Of a stretch of 64,000 nt of DNA, positions 1 to 9,540 are shown piece by piece; positions within the stretch are counted from its first letter, which is position 1; the number at the start of each line of letters is the position of its first letter. A program made the translations under genes and the position numbers. The notes beneath the pieces were generated by a model. That model worked only from the letters and a program-made list of their open reading frames with translations. It searched no databases and was not told the origin of the DNA. This DNA comes from a bacterium (lineage in GTDB: Bacteria > SZUA-79 > Acidulodesulfobacterales > Acidulodesulfobacteraceae), in contig JAJYDX010000002.1 of NCBI GenBank assembly GCA_021777135.1, positions 28,084 to 92,083 on the forward strand, in the 5' to 3' direction.

Positions 1-416
1 TTTTTATAAAATCCTATATGAGGCGGGTATATTTTTAGTCCGATTTTCTGCCTGTAATTCAAGTAATCCTCTCCGGCTGAGCTTATTTTTATTTCTATAG
101 GAGTAAAATTTTTTTTAAATTCGTTTTTAAAAATCTCCGTTTTCCAGTAAATTTCTTCTTCGTAAGGCATATTCAGGTAGCCGCATCCGCCGCAGACGCC
201 GAAATGCGGGCAGACCGCCTTAATTCTTTTAGGGGACGGCTCGGTAATTTCGACTATCCTGCCGAAAGCATAGTTTTTATGTTCGTCGGATATTTCTATT
301 TTAAGGACGTCCCCCGGAACCGCATAGCCGACGAATACTACCTTGGAATTAATCCTTCCTACGCCCCAGCCTCCATAAGCCAGGGAATCTATATGTATTG
401 TTTCTGTTTCAGGCAA
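1..416 (-). CDS. RNA (uracil-C5)-methyltransferase, RumA/RlmD (TrmA) family; N-terminal part only, gene runs off the left edge
   Basis: Absent from the ORF track because it has no stop inside the window. Reverse-strand translation from TTG at 416 gives LPETETIHIDSLAYGGWGVGRINSKVVFVGYAVPGDVLKIEISDEHKNYAFGRIVEITEPSPKRIKAVCPHFGVCGGCGYLNMPYEEE... This is a TRAM-type barrel followed by the CPxFGxCGGC Fe-S cysteine cluster typical of RumA/RlmD. An AAGGGGG Shine-Dalgarno lies 7 nt upstream of the TTG, and an in-frame stop sits at 441-443. Confidence 0.6.
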   Translation of the reverse strand, partial: MPETETIHIDSLAYGGWGVGRINSKVVFVGYAVPGDVLKIEISDEHKNYAFGRIVEITEPSPKRIKAVCPHFGVCGGCGYLNMPYEEEIYWKTEIFKNEFKKNFTPIEIKISSAGEDYLNYRQKIGLKIYPPHIGFYK

Positions 417-500
417 AATCGCGCCCCCTTGTTTTTTAAATTATTATATTATATTATTTATAAGGCTTTAAATGGAAAAATAATTAAACCCTAAGGAAAC

Positions 501-1400
<900 letters not shown>

Positions 1401-1428
1401 ATATAATTAAATAAACGGTAAAAAATAC

Positions 1429-1662
1429 ATGATAATTAAAAAGGTCTTCGCGGCAGTTTTGTTAACAGGCATATTAGGGCTGGGTTCCGGGCTTATGCTT
1501 TCGGGATGCTCCGGCGTAAACAGCTCTTTGCAAAACGACCATATTATGAACGGCGGCTGTTTTATCACATGCTATAATAAAGCTAATAAAAAAGGTTCGG
1601 GTTTCAATAAAACGGACGGCATAAAGCATTATAATTCTGTTCCTAAAACTATCGGCGGCTGA
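1429..1662 (+). CDS. small hypothetical lipoprotein
   Basis: 77-aa ORF 28 nt after rfbA. It has a hydrophobic signal peptide ending in the lipobox L-S-G-C (Cys27). No family recognised. Confidence 0.5.
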   Translation: MIIKKVFAAVLLTGILGLGSGLMLSGCSGVNSSLQNDHIMNGGCFITCYNKANKKGSGFNKTDGIKHYNSVPKTIGG

Positions 1663-1666
1663 TTTT

Positions 1667-1891
1667 ATGCAGGTAAATCTAGGTTTTTGGAGCTTAGCCG
1701 ACTGGCTTGCATTTGCGCTTACTCTGGCGGGAGTATGGCAGTTAAGTTCGCACAAAAAGTCCGGCTTCGCCATAAACACTTTCGCTTCCATAATATGGGT
1801 CGCTGTCGGGATACATTCGGGCTTGTCCGGTCTTACGGCGCTGAACCTGATTTTGATTTTAATATATGCGAGAGGCTATATAAAAAAGTAG
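1667..1891 (+). CDS. small hypothetical membrane protein with 3 predicted TM helices
   Basis: 74-aa ORF 4 nt after the lipoprotein gene. It has three hydrophobic segments: FWSLADWLAFALTLAGVWQL, FAINTFASIIWVAVGI and LTALNLILILIYARGYI. No family assigned with confidence. Confidence 0.45.
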   Translation: MQVNLGFWSLADWLAFALTLAGVWQLSSHKKSGFAINTFASIIWVAVGIHSGLSGLTALNLILILIYARGYIKK

Positions 1892-1902
1892 TTTTTAACT
1901 AT

Positions 1903-1931
1903 TTCATATTTCAACGGATTTATAGTATAAT
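1903..1931 (+). promoter_or_regulatory. putative sigma70-type promoter for tRNA-Glu
   Basis: TTCATA (1903-1908), 17-nt spacer, TATAAT (1926-1931). The -10 element ends 17 nt before the mature tRNA 5' end. Confidence 0.35.
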
Positions 1932-1948
1932 AAATATATTTTTAAAGT

Positions 1949-2023
1949 GGCCCCATAGTCTAGCGGTTAGGACGTTGCCCTCTCACGGCAGTAACACGGG
2001 TTCGAATCCCGTTGGGGCTGCCA
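1949..2023 (+). tRNA. tRNA-Glu (anticodon CUC), CCA encoded
   Basis: 75-nt cloverleaf folded by hand. The acceptor stem is GGCCCCA/TGGGGCT (G1-U72 wobble). The D arm is GTCT-AGCGGTTA-GGAC. The anticodon arm is TTGCC-CTCTCAC-GGCAG, giving anticodon CTC. There is a 4-nt variable loop, the T arm is ACGGG-TTCGAAT-CCCGT, the discriminator is G, and the 3' CCA is present. Confidence 0.93.
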
Positions 2024-2033
2024 TTTTTTAGTT

Positions 2034-3119
2034 ATGAATTTAAGAAAAATCATATTTTTATCCGTATTGTTCTTGTCGGTTTCATGCGCCAACGCATTTG
2101 CAAAAGAAAACACTTCCTTAAATAATCCACTTATTAAATCAGTTCAAGTCGTTCAAAAAACAAAACCGCGTCTAATTTTTAAATATAAGGCTGTTAAAAA
2201 TCCCGCGGCTATAGCCGTAAATTCCAAAGGCTTAATTTTTATCGCCGGCGGCAATAAAAATCATTACGAAATTGCGGTATTCAATAGTTACGGCAAGAGG
2301 CTTGAAACATTTATATTTGGTTCAGTTAAACCCGCTGGCGGCTATGCAAGCGGCAAAAAAGGTTTAAAAAACGTTAAAATTTTCAATAATAACGGCGTCG
2401 TAAAACCGTGGAGTATTTTTGCCGGAAAAAAAGGCAATTTATGGGTTGCAAACGAAGGAGGAAAAAAAGGTTTTATTTCAAAAATTTCTACGAATGGCAA
2501 AGTTCTGTTGAAAATAACTAAAGGCATTGATTTTCCTTATTCCATTGCCTTTACCAAAAACGGAGATATTATCGCCGCTAATTACGGCAACGGATTTGAC
2601 GGGTATTTGTCGGAATATAACCAAAAAGGCGTATTTTTGAGGAAATTTACGACAGGCATAGAAAATCCGTATTCTGTTATTAGCGGAAAAAACGGAAATA
2701 TTTATACGGTTAATTACGATAAAGGAAATATCGTATGCTTATCTGAAGCAGGTAAAATTTTGTGGAGTTCGTATAAAAACATAAGCTATCCATGCCTTGT
2801 TTTATCGGGCAAAAAAGGAAACATATGGGTAATTAACGACGGAGGGGTTAACGGAAGCATAGTTAAATATACGCCGAAAGGCAGGGTCGTTAAAAGTATA
2901 ACTTTCGGCATAAATTACCCTTACGGGGCGGCTTTAGATAAGGCAGGCAATATTTTCGTCGCTAATTTCAATAACGATACGGTTTCGGAATTTAACGAAA
3001 AAGGCGAATTTATAGGGTTTGCCGGCAATATTATAAAACCGGCAGGCATAGCTATAGATAACAAGGGCGACGTAATAGTACTTAACGACGACGGATATTT
3101 TACCAAAATAACCCGCTGA
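2034..3119 (+). CDS. secreted NHL-repeat (six-bladed beta-propeller) protein
   Basis: 361 aa with signal peptide MNLRKIIFLSVLFLSVSCANAFA/KE. It carries repeated NHL-type blades (GKKGNLWVANEGG, TKNGDIIAANYGN, GKNGNIYTVNYDKGNIV, GKKGNIWVINDGG, DKAGNIFVANFNNDTVSEF, DNKGDVIVLNDDG). Confidence 0.8.
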   Translation: MNLRKIIFLSVLFLSVSCANAFAKENTSLNNPLIKSVQVVQKTKPRLIFKYKAVKNPAAIAVNSKGLIFIAGGNKNHYEIAVFNSYGKRLETFIFGSVKPAGGYASGKKGLKNVKIFNNNGVVKPWSIFAGKKGNLWVANEGGKKGFISKISTNGKVLLKITKGIDFPYSIAFTKNGDIIAANYGNGFDGYLSEYNQKGVFLRKFTTGIENPYSVISGKNGNIYTVNYDKGNIVCLSEAGKILWSSYKNISYPCLVLSGKKGNIWVINDGGVNGSIVKYTPKGRVVKSITFGINYPYGAALDKAGNIFVANFNNDTVSEFNEKGEFIGFAGNIIKPAGIAIDNKGDVIVLNDDGYFTKITR

Positions 3120-3177
3120 AACGGCTGGCGGTTAAAATTCAGATAAGCTGGTTTAAAAATAAAAGTAAAAATAATAT

Positions 3178-5052
3178 ATGCCTTCCATAAAAAGTTCGTT
3201 TATAAGATTAAGAACTAATCTTAAAAGAAAAATAATAATATTTCAGGATAATTCGATATTTTATTTTTCCAGATGGATTTTTTTCGGCGTTTTAATAGGC
3301 ATATTTGCCGGAGTAGGAGCTATAGTTTTTAACGGGTTAATCAGATTTTTCAGGTTCATATTTCAGGTAAGCTTAGCGAATTATTATTCCCCCAGACCGG
3401 AACTTATGGGGCAGACCGGCGCGCCTCCCGACTCTCATCCTATCCGCTGGGCAATACCTTTAGTAATTATGATGGGCGGTCTTATATCCGGTATTTTGGT
3501 ATATACGTTTGCGCCTGAGGCTGAGGGGCATGGAACGGATGCGGCGATAGACGCTTTTCATAATAAAGACGGATATATAAGGGGAAGAGTGCCGGTAATA
3601 AAAACCCTTGCGTCTTCCGTTACGCTGGGTTCGGGCGGTTCCGGAGGCAGGGAAGGTCCGGTCGCGCAGATTGGCGCCGGATTCGGTTCCGTCTTGGCTA
3701 CGTATTTAGGACTGCCGGTACCCGACAGGCGGACGATGCTTGTCGCGGGCATAGGCGCGGGCATAGGCGCTATATTTAAATCCCCGCTTGCGGGAGCAAT
3801 GTTCGGCGTGGAAGTTTTGTATTCCGAAATGGATTTTGAGGGCGGCGCTTTAATGCTTGCAATTATTGCTTCCATAGTCGGATATTCGGTTTACGCATAT
3901 TTTTACGCAGGTTTTAATCCGGTTGTCAGAACCCCTGTTTTTATGTTTTCAAGGCCGATAATCCTGGTTTTTTATGCTATACTCGGCATTTTTTTGGCGT
4001 TCGCGGGAAATTTTTACGTCAGGTTTTTTTATTTTATTCATGATATTTTTAAAAAAATAAAAATAAAGCCGCATTTTAAGCCTATGTTAGGCGCGGCGTT
4101 CGTAGGCGCAATCGCCTATTTTTTTCCTGAAATTATGGGCGTGGGTTACGGCTGGCTGCAATTGGCGGTGCTAGGCAAACTCACTATAATTACCCTTATA
4201 CTTTTAGGGTTTTTTAAGATAGTCGCTACGTCGTTTACCATAAGTTCGGGCGGTTCCGCCGGAGTTTACGCCCCGTCTTTGGTGATAGGCGGAGCGTTGG
4301 GAGGAGCAATAGGCGGCATTTTTCATATTTTATTGCCTCATCTAATATATGCTTCCGATATAGCGCCTTTTGTTTTAATCGGCATGGGAGGCTTTTTCGC
4401 CGGAGCCGCAAAAACTCCGATTTCGTCCCTTCTTATGGTGTCGGAAATGACGGGAAGCTACGGTCTTCTTCCGCCGCTGATGCTTGTTTCTGCCATAACG
4501 TTTATAGTAAGCGGAAAAAGAAGCATATACCGCAGCCAGAAAAGAAACAGGATTGAATCCCCTGCTCATTTTAAAGATTATTTAATTCAACCGCTCCAGA
4601 GATATTCGGCGGGCGACGTTATGGAAGCCGGCGGTGCCGCTCCAGCCGAGTCCATAGACCCCGATATGCCTTTATACGGGATGATTAAAATTTTTTTTAA
4701 TTCCAATTTTTTTATGCATCCGGTTATAGATAAAACCGGTAAAATTGTCGGCGTCGTTAAATACGATAAAGTAAAAAATTTGATAATGACTTCGCCTGAA
4801 GACTCCAGAACGGCTAAAGATTTAATGGAATCGTCGAATTTACCGAAAATTAAATCGACCGATACCTTAGATATTGCGGTCCATAATTTTTTTAGAAAAA
4901 ATACCGACGAACTTATAGTAATAGATAAAGATGGCGGCTATAAAGGCATTTTAAGAAAAAGGGACGTCGTGCTCGCGATAGAAGAAGGGCAGAAGTCGCC
5001 TTCCAAAGGGCAGACCGCAATTGCCGCAGACGCGGAAAACAACGGAAAGTAA
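3178..5052 (+). CDS. ClC family voltage-gated chloride channel / H+-Cl- antiporter with C-terminal CBS pair
   Basis: 624 aa. ClC selectivity-filter motifs are present: GSGGSGGREGP (GxEGP type) and SSGGSAGVYAPS (GxFxP type). There are many TM helices and two C-terminal CBS-like modules (HPVIDKTGKIVGVV..., LIVIDKDGGYKGIL...). Confidence 0.85.
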   Translation: MPSIKSSFIRLRTNLKRKIIIFQDNSIFYFSRWIFFGVLIGIFAGVGAIVFNGLIRFFRFIFQVSLANYYSPRPELMGQTGAPPDSHPIRWAIPLVIMMGGLISGILVYTFAPEAEGHGTDAAIDAFHNKDGYIRGRVPVIKTLASSVTLGSGGSGGREGPVAQIGAGFGSVLATYLGLPVPDRRTMLVAGIGAGIGAIFKSPLAGAMFGVEVLYSEMDFEGGALMLAIIASIVGYSVYAYFYAGFNPVVRTPVFMFSRPIILVFYAILGIFLAFAGNFYVRFFYFIHDIFKKIKIKPHFKPMLGAAFVGAIAYFFPEIMGVGYGWLQLAVLGKLTIITLILLGFFKIVATSFTISSGGSAGVYAPSLVIGGALGGAIGGIFHILLPHLIYASDIAPFVLIGMGGFFAGAAKTPISSLLMVSEMTGSYGLLPPLMLVSAITFIVSGKRSIYRSQKRNRIESPAHFKDYLIQPLQRYSAGDVMEAGGAAPAESIDPDMPLYGMIKIFFNSNFFMHPVIDKTGKIVGVVKYDKVKNLIMTSPEDSRTAKDLMESSNLPKIKSTDTLDIAVHNFFRKNTDELIVIDKDGGYKGILRKRDVVLAIEEGQKSPSKGQTAIAADAENNGK

Positions 5053-5077
5053 ATATTAAGAAGGAGGATATATAACC

Positions 5078-6166
5078 ATGAAGTGCGCTCTTTATTATAG
5101 CAATAAGGATATAAGAATAATAGAAAGGGACATTCCAAAAATAAGCGGCGATGAAGTCCTTATGAAAGTCGAAGCAAGCGGGATTTGCGGCAGCGACGTA
5201 ATAGAATGGTACAGAAGGGACAAAGTCCCGCTTGTTTTAGGACACGAAGTTACCGGCGTAATAGTCGAAACCGGAAAAAACGTTAAAAAATATAAAGCGG
5301 GGGACAGGATTTGCGCCGCGCACCATGTTCCGTGCAACATATGTAAATACTGCCTGAGCGGACACCAGACCGTATGCGAAACCATAAGGATGACTAATTT
5401 TGACCCGGGTGGATTTTCGGAGTTTTTAAGGCTTCCCGAAATAAACGTAAAAAACGGAATTTATCTTTTGCCGGACAGCGTGAGCTTTGAAGAAGGTACT
5501 TTTATTGAGCCTCTTGCGTGCGTAGTAAGGGGACAGAGGCTTGCGGGAGTAAAACCCGCCGATACGGCAATAGTCTTCGGCAGCGGGCTTTCCGGTCTTT
5601 TGCATATAAGCCTTTTGAGGGCTGCCGGCGCAAGCAGGATTATAGCCGTGGATATTAACGATAAACGGCTGGAATACGCAAAAAAATTCGGAGCCGATTA
5701 CACGTTTAACGTTAAAGACTTTAGCGAGGCTGGCTCAGGCGGCGGCAATAAAATGGAAAACAGGGGAACCGGCGCGGACGATAAGGGCTTGCCGGAAGCC
5801 GTTAAAGATATTAACGGGGGGTTTTTGGCTGATATAGTAATTTTATCAACCGGCGCGGACAGCGCGATTTTACAGGGACTTAAATCGGTAAGGCGCGGCG
5901 GGACGGTTTTGTTTTTCGGCGCGGCGGACGAAGGAGCAAAACTGCCGCTTTCTATTAACGATATATTCTGGAGAACCGAAATTACTCTTTTAAGCTCATA
6001 CGCAGGTTCTATTCTAGACCACGGGACTGCTCTAGAACTCATAAGGTCCGGCAGGGTTAACGTGAAGGACATGATAACCGACAGGCTTGCGCTTAAAGAT
6101 ATAGAAAAAGGGTTTGAACTTACCGCAAAAGCGCAGGATTCGTTAAAAATTATAATCAATCCTTAA
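5078..6166 (+). CDS. zinc-dependent alcohol/polyol dehydrogenase (MDR superfamily)
   Basis: 362 aa. The catalytic Zn motif is GICGSDV...GHEVTGVIVETG and the structural Zn cluster is CNICKYCLSGHQTVC. The Rossmann motif is VFGSGLSGL. A Gly-rich insertion lies at 5720-5797. Confidence 0.85.
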   Translation: MKCALYYSNKDIRIIERDIPKISGDEVLMKVEASGICGSDVIEWYRRDKVPLVLGHEVTGVIVETGKNVKKYKAGDRICAAHHVPCNICKYCLSGHQTVCETIRMTNFDPGGFSEFLRLPEINVKNGIYLLPDSVSFEEGTFIEPLACVVRGQRLAGVKPADTAIVFGSGLSGLLHISLLRAAGASRIIAVDINDKRLEYAKKFGADYTFNVKDFSEAGSGGGNKMENRGTGADDKGLPEAVKDINGGFLADIVILSTGADSAILQGLKSVRRGGTVLFFGAADEGAKLPLSINDIFWRTEITLLSSYAGSILDHGTALELIRSGRVNVKDMITDRLALKDIEKGFELTAKAQDSLKIIINP

Positions 6167-7891
6167 CTATAAATCGCAGACGCCGCCTTTTTCTTTTTCT
6201 AAATAGCACATTATTATGCCCGTCAGATATAAATCCGTAACGTATTCGGAAACCATTCTGTGCGTGTTGAAGTGCGGAGCAATGGAAGACGCCGCCATTT
6301 TCATTATTTTTATGTAATCAGAATAGTTTTTATAGTATAAATCCAGTATATTAAATTCCAATTTTCCATATATATCGTTCAAATCCTGTATGTCGTCCGA
6401 ATAGCTTAAATCTGTCCAAGCCGGTCTAGGTCCTATTCCCCATCCGTTAATTCCTTCAAGGCATGCCTCTAGCCACCAGCCGTCCAAAACGCTGAAATTA
6501 GGAACGCCGTTAAGGGAAGCCTTCATTCCGCTTGTGCCGGAAGCTTCAAGGGGTCTTGTCGGATTGTTAAGCCATAAATCCACGCCTGAAAGTATTATGT
6601 TAGCCTTATGGATATTGTAGTTTTCTAAAAAAGCGATTTTAACTTTTTTAGTTTTAGAGGAAATATACTTTGCGGTATCATGGATAGATTTAATCATAGC
6701 GAGCCCGTCGGTGTCGGCGGGATGGGTTTTTCCGGCAAAAACTATTTGAATGTTACCCTTTCTTTCGGCAATATCCATTAATTTATCAGGATTAGCAAGT
6801 ATAAGATTATTTCGTTTATAATGGGTTATCCTTTTAGCCATGCCGATAGTAAAATCTGAAGCGATAAAAGAAGAATCGGTTTCGGAATTAATAGTTTCGA
6901 TAAGGGTTTCCTTGCATAGAATATGCGCTTCGACGAAATCGCCGTCCGGTATGCAGGATACTCCCCTTAGAAGGTCGGGGTCTTCCTCCCATCCTTTTAT
7001 ATATTTCGTAAATAACATTTTGTGATGAGGAGACGTCCACTTGACGTGATGTATGCCGTTTGTTACGTATTTAAGTTTATAGCCTTCAAATATATGTTCC
7101 GAAACGAATTTATGCTTTCTGGAAACGGCAACCACATTTTTTGCATTTTTTATGGCAAGCCATGAAAGATTTAATTCGTCTTTGTCTTCTAATTTTTCCA
7201 TATAAATATCGTTAAAAACTTTTTCGCCGCAGTATCCGGAAAGCATATTCTTCACGTCTTTTATTTCAAATTTGTCGAACGCCGCCGGAATAGGAGTATG
7301 GGTCGTAAAAACCACCCTTGACTTTACCCTGTTTAAATCTTCCATGTCTTTCATTAGGGAGGCAATTAAAAGGGCGGAATGGCTTTCGTTTATATGATAA
7401 AGAAACGGCCTGTAATTCAAGGCTTTCAACATTTCGTAGCCGCCTATTCCTAAAATTATTTCCTGCTTAAGGCGCGTTAAACCGCCTTCTATGTAAAGCC
7501 TGTCGCAGATTTTTCTCGTTTCCGGGTCGTTTTCGGGAACGTCAGGAGTAAGGAAATATACGTCTATTTCGTTGTCCCCGGCGGTAGATTCTACCAGGTA
7601 TTTATATGCCGTTATCGTAACATCTTTGCCGCCAATCGGTATTTTTATTTTAATGTTGGTAGGCTGCATATACTTTTCTATATCCCATTCCTGAACCGAA
7701 TCAATCTGAGAACCGTCGTTGGATATTTTTTGCATGGTAAATCCGTTTTTCCATAATAAGGTTATCCCTACGGCAGGAACTTCGAGGTCGGCAAAACTTT
7801 GAATCGTGTCGCCCGCAAGAATTCCTAGTCCCCCGCTGTATGTGGGAACCCTGCTGTCAACCGCGCATTCCATAACGAAATAGGCTATCAT
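6167..7891 (-). CDS. glgP: alpha-glucan (glycogen/maltodextrin) phosphorylase, GT35, short type
   Basis: 574 aa. The N-terminus has VPTYSGGLGILAGD and the PLP-lysine motif is EASGTSGMKASLNG. The stop codon abuts the stop of the convergent ADH gene. Confidence 0.85.
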   Translation of the reverse strand: MIAYFVMECAVDSRVPTYSGGLGILAGDTIQSFADLEVPAVGITLLWKNGFTMQKISNDGSQIDSVQEWDIEKYMQPTNIKIKIPIGGKDVTITAYKYLVESTAGDNEIDVYFLTPDVPENDPETRKICDRLYIEGGLTRLKQEIILGIGGYEMLKALNYRPFLYHINESHSALLIASLMKDMEDLNRVKSRVVFTTHTPIPAAFDKFEIKDVKNMLSGYCGEKVFNDIYMEKLEDKDELNLSWLAIKNAKNVVAVSRKHKFVSEHIFEGYKLKYVTNGIHHVKWTSPHHKMLFTKYIKGWEEDPDLLRGVSCIPDGDFVEAHILCKETLIETINSETDSSFIASDFTIGMAKRITHYKRNNLILANPDKLMDIAERKGNIQIVFAGKTHPADTDGLAMIKSIHDTAKYISSKTKKVKIAFLENYNIHKANIILSGVDLWLNNPTRPLEASGTSGMKASLNGVPNFSVLDGWWLEACLEGINGWGIGPRPAWTDLSYSDDIQDLNDIYGKLEFNILDLYYKNYSDYIKIMKMAASSIAPHFNTHRMVSEYVTDLYLTGIIMCYLEKEKGGVCDL

Positions 7892-7978
7892 AAGGCGTTA
7901 TCTCCTTGCATAATAAACATTACGATTATAAATTTATTTTAAATTATATTATTATAATTATCCTAATAAATCAATCAG

Positions 7979-9520
7979 TTATCTTTTAATATTTTTAACG
8001 GCAAATGCAGCAATGCCGCCTATTATGCAAAGGTAGCCCAATGCGGCGAATACGTCGCCGTATGCTCCTATCAGCGAAAATTCGTTTATTATGTAATCGA
8101 AAACTTTTGCGGAATTAGAAGGATAAAGCATAGACCTTACGAATGAGCTGCCGTTTTTTACTAAATCGCCGTGCAAAAAATTAACGGTGCTTTTAAAATT
8201 ATAAAAATTATATTTTATGTCCCTCGAATACTGGTTCAGGTGATAAACCTGCCTTACTGCCAGTTCTTCCCCGGACCATGCTATCCCGAACGACGCGCCT
8301 ATCTGGAATAAAACATTGTATAATGCCGAAGCGTCCGGTATTTGCTCTAATTTCGCAGAGTTTATAACTGTCATCATGACCGGCGCGTTAATTAAGCCTA
8401 CCCCGGCTCCCCTTAAAAACTGGTTATATATTAAAAAAGGAATGGACGTCTGCAATGAAATGCTTCCTAAAGAAAAATTAGATATCGCGAATAAAAGCAT
8501 ACCTGACAGCATCAGGTATTTAGGTCCGTATTTATCCGAGATTTTTCCGGCAATCGGAGAAGCCAGGGCAACGGCGATGGCAAAAGGAGCCATTAAAAAA
8601 CCCGCGTGCATGGCATTATAATTTAAGATATTTTCTATAAATATAGGAAGCAGAAACATAGTGCTGAAAATAGCACCCGCCCTTATCATATTTACTAAAT
8701 TTCCTGCCACGAAATTCCTGCTTTTAAAAAGGGAATAATCCATAAGGTGCCTTTTGGAAAATATTTCGGTTATCAGGAAAAGTACAAAAGACGCCGCGCA
8801 AATCAATTCATTCAGGCGTATTACCGGCGAATCCCATTCAAGCGTCTGCCCTTCGTTAAGCACGTAAAGCAAGGTTCCAAGGCATACGGCAATCAGGGTA
8901 AAGCCCGCAAAGTCAAATTTTTTATCAAAAGGTTTTGACGGGGTATCGTTTTCAAGCAAAATTAAAGTGCATAGAAAAAGTATTATGCCTACCGGTACGT
9001 TAAAATAAAATATCATCCTCCAGTCCACGTAATCCACGAAGTAACCGCCTATTATCGGTCCTAAGGCGGGAGCTACCATTATGCCTATAGTCCAGATGCC
9101 CATGGCGGTCCCCCTCTCGTTAGCCTTGAAGTATTTTGCTATTAGATTTACGGAAATTGGAATTAAGCCCGCGCCTCCTACCGCCTGAATTATCCTGAAT
9201 ATTATCATTATCCTGTAAGAAGGGGCAAATCCGCAGAATGCCGAGCCTATTAAAAAAAATATTATAGATACCGCGAAAGGCATCTTAAGCCCGTATTTTT
9301 TACTTGAGAAGCTCGTAAGAAGAATAATAATGGAGTACGTTATTGTATAAGCGATAATTACCCAGTCTATCGTTATTACGTTAACCCCGAAGTGGGACAT
9401 CATCTTGGGAAGCGCCACTATGACGATATTTATATCTAATATCGCCATAAAAGAAGCCGTAACGGCTATTGCCAGAACTAGCCATTTGTAAAGCCTGTGC
9501 TCCGATATCTTATGGTCCAT
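7979..9520 (-). CDS. MFS transporter, DHA2 (EmrB/QacA-like, about 14 TM) family
   Basis: 513 aa and hydrophobic throughout. MFS motifs are present (LPKMMSHFG, GFAPSYRIMIIFRIIQAVGGAGLIP). Length and helix count fit the 14-TM drug/H+ antiporter subfamily. Confidence 0.8.
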   Translation of the reverse strand: MDHKISEHRLYKWLVLAIAVTASFMAILDINIVIVALPKMMSHFGVNVITIDWVIIAYTITYSIIILLTSFSSKKYGLKMPFAVSIIFFLIGSAFCGFAPSYRIMIIFRIIQAVGGAGLIPISVNLIAKYFKANERGTAMGIWTIGIMVAPALGPIIGGYFVDYVDWRMIFYFNVPVGIILFLCTLILLENDTPSKPFDKKFDFAGFTLIAVCLGTLLYVLNEGQTLEWDSPVIRLNELICAASFVLFLITEIFSKRHLMDYSLFKSRNFVAGNLVNMIRAGAIFSTMFLLPIFIENILNYNAMHAGFLMAPFAIAVALASPIAGKISDKYGPKYLMLSGMLLFAISNFSLGSISLQTSIPFLIYNQFLRGAGVGLINAPVMMTVINSAKLEQIPDASALYNVLFQIGASFGIAWSGEELAVRQVYHLNQYSRDIKYNFYNFKSTVNFLHGDLVKNGSSFVRSMLYPSNSAKVFDYIINEFSLIGAYGDVFAALGYLCIIGGIAAFAVKNIKR

Positions 9521-9540
9521 AACATTTATATATGAATTTA

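Noticed and set aside
204-494. 96-aa plus-strand ORF in the track
   Set aside because: It lies antisense to a much better minus-strand reading frame (TRAM plus Fe-S cluster of a RumA/RlmD-type methyltransferase, 1-416). Its sequence has no recognisable features, so I treat it as a shadow ORF.
1474-1791. 105-aa minus-strand ORF
   Set aside because: It is antisense to the two small envelope ORFs, has no RBS or family signal, and has the composition typical of a shadow frame.
1687-2031. 114-aa plus-strand ORF running through the tRNA-Glu gene
   Set aside because: It overlaps a clean cloverleaf tRNA (1949-2023). It is out of frame with the better-supported 74-aa membrane ORF. Spurious.
3120-3177. 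Possible fluoride (crcB-motif) riboswitch upstream of the ClC gene
   Set aside because: The spacer is only 58 nt and lacks the conserved GATG and CTGATGA-type elements I associate with the motif. The channel itself has GREGP and CBS domains typical of ordinary ClC proteins rather than ClC-F.
5698-6159. 153-aa minus-strand ORF inside the dehydrogenase gene. The same class of antisense ORF occurs at 14769-15164, 22849-23250, 31604-31996, 38683-39105 and 50001-50438.
   Set aside because: All are antisense to genes with strong family signatures. They are Ser/Leu/Pro/Ile-rich low-complexity translations, so I treat them as shadow ORFs.
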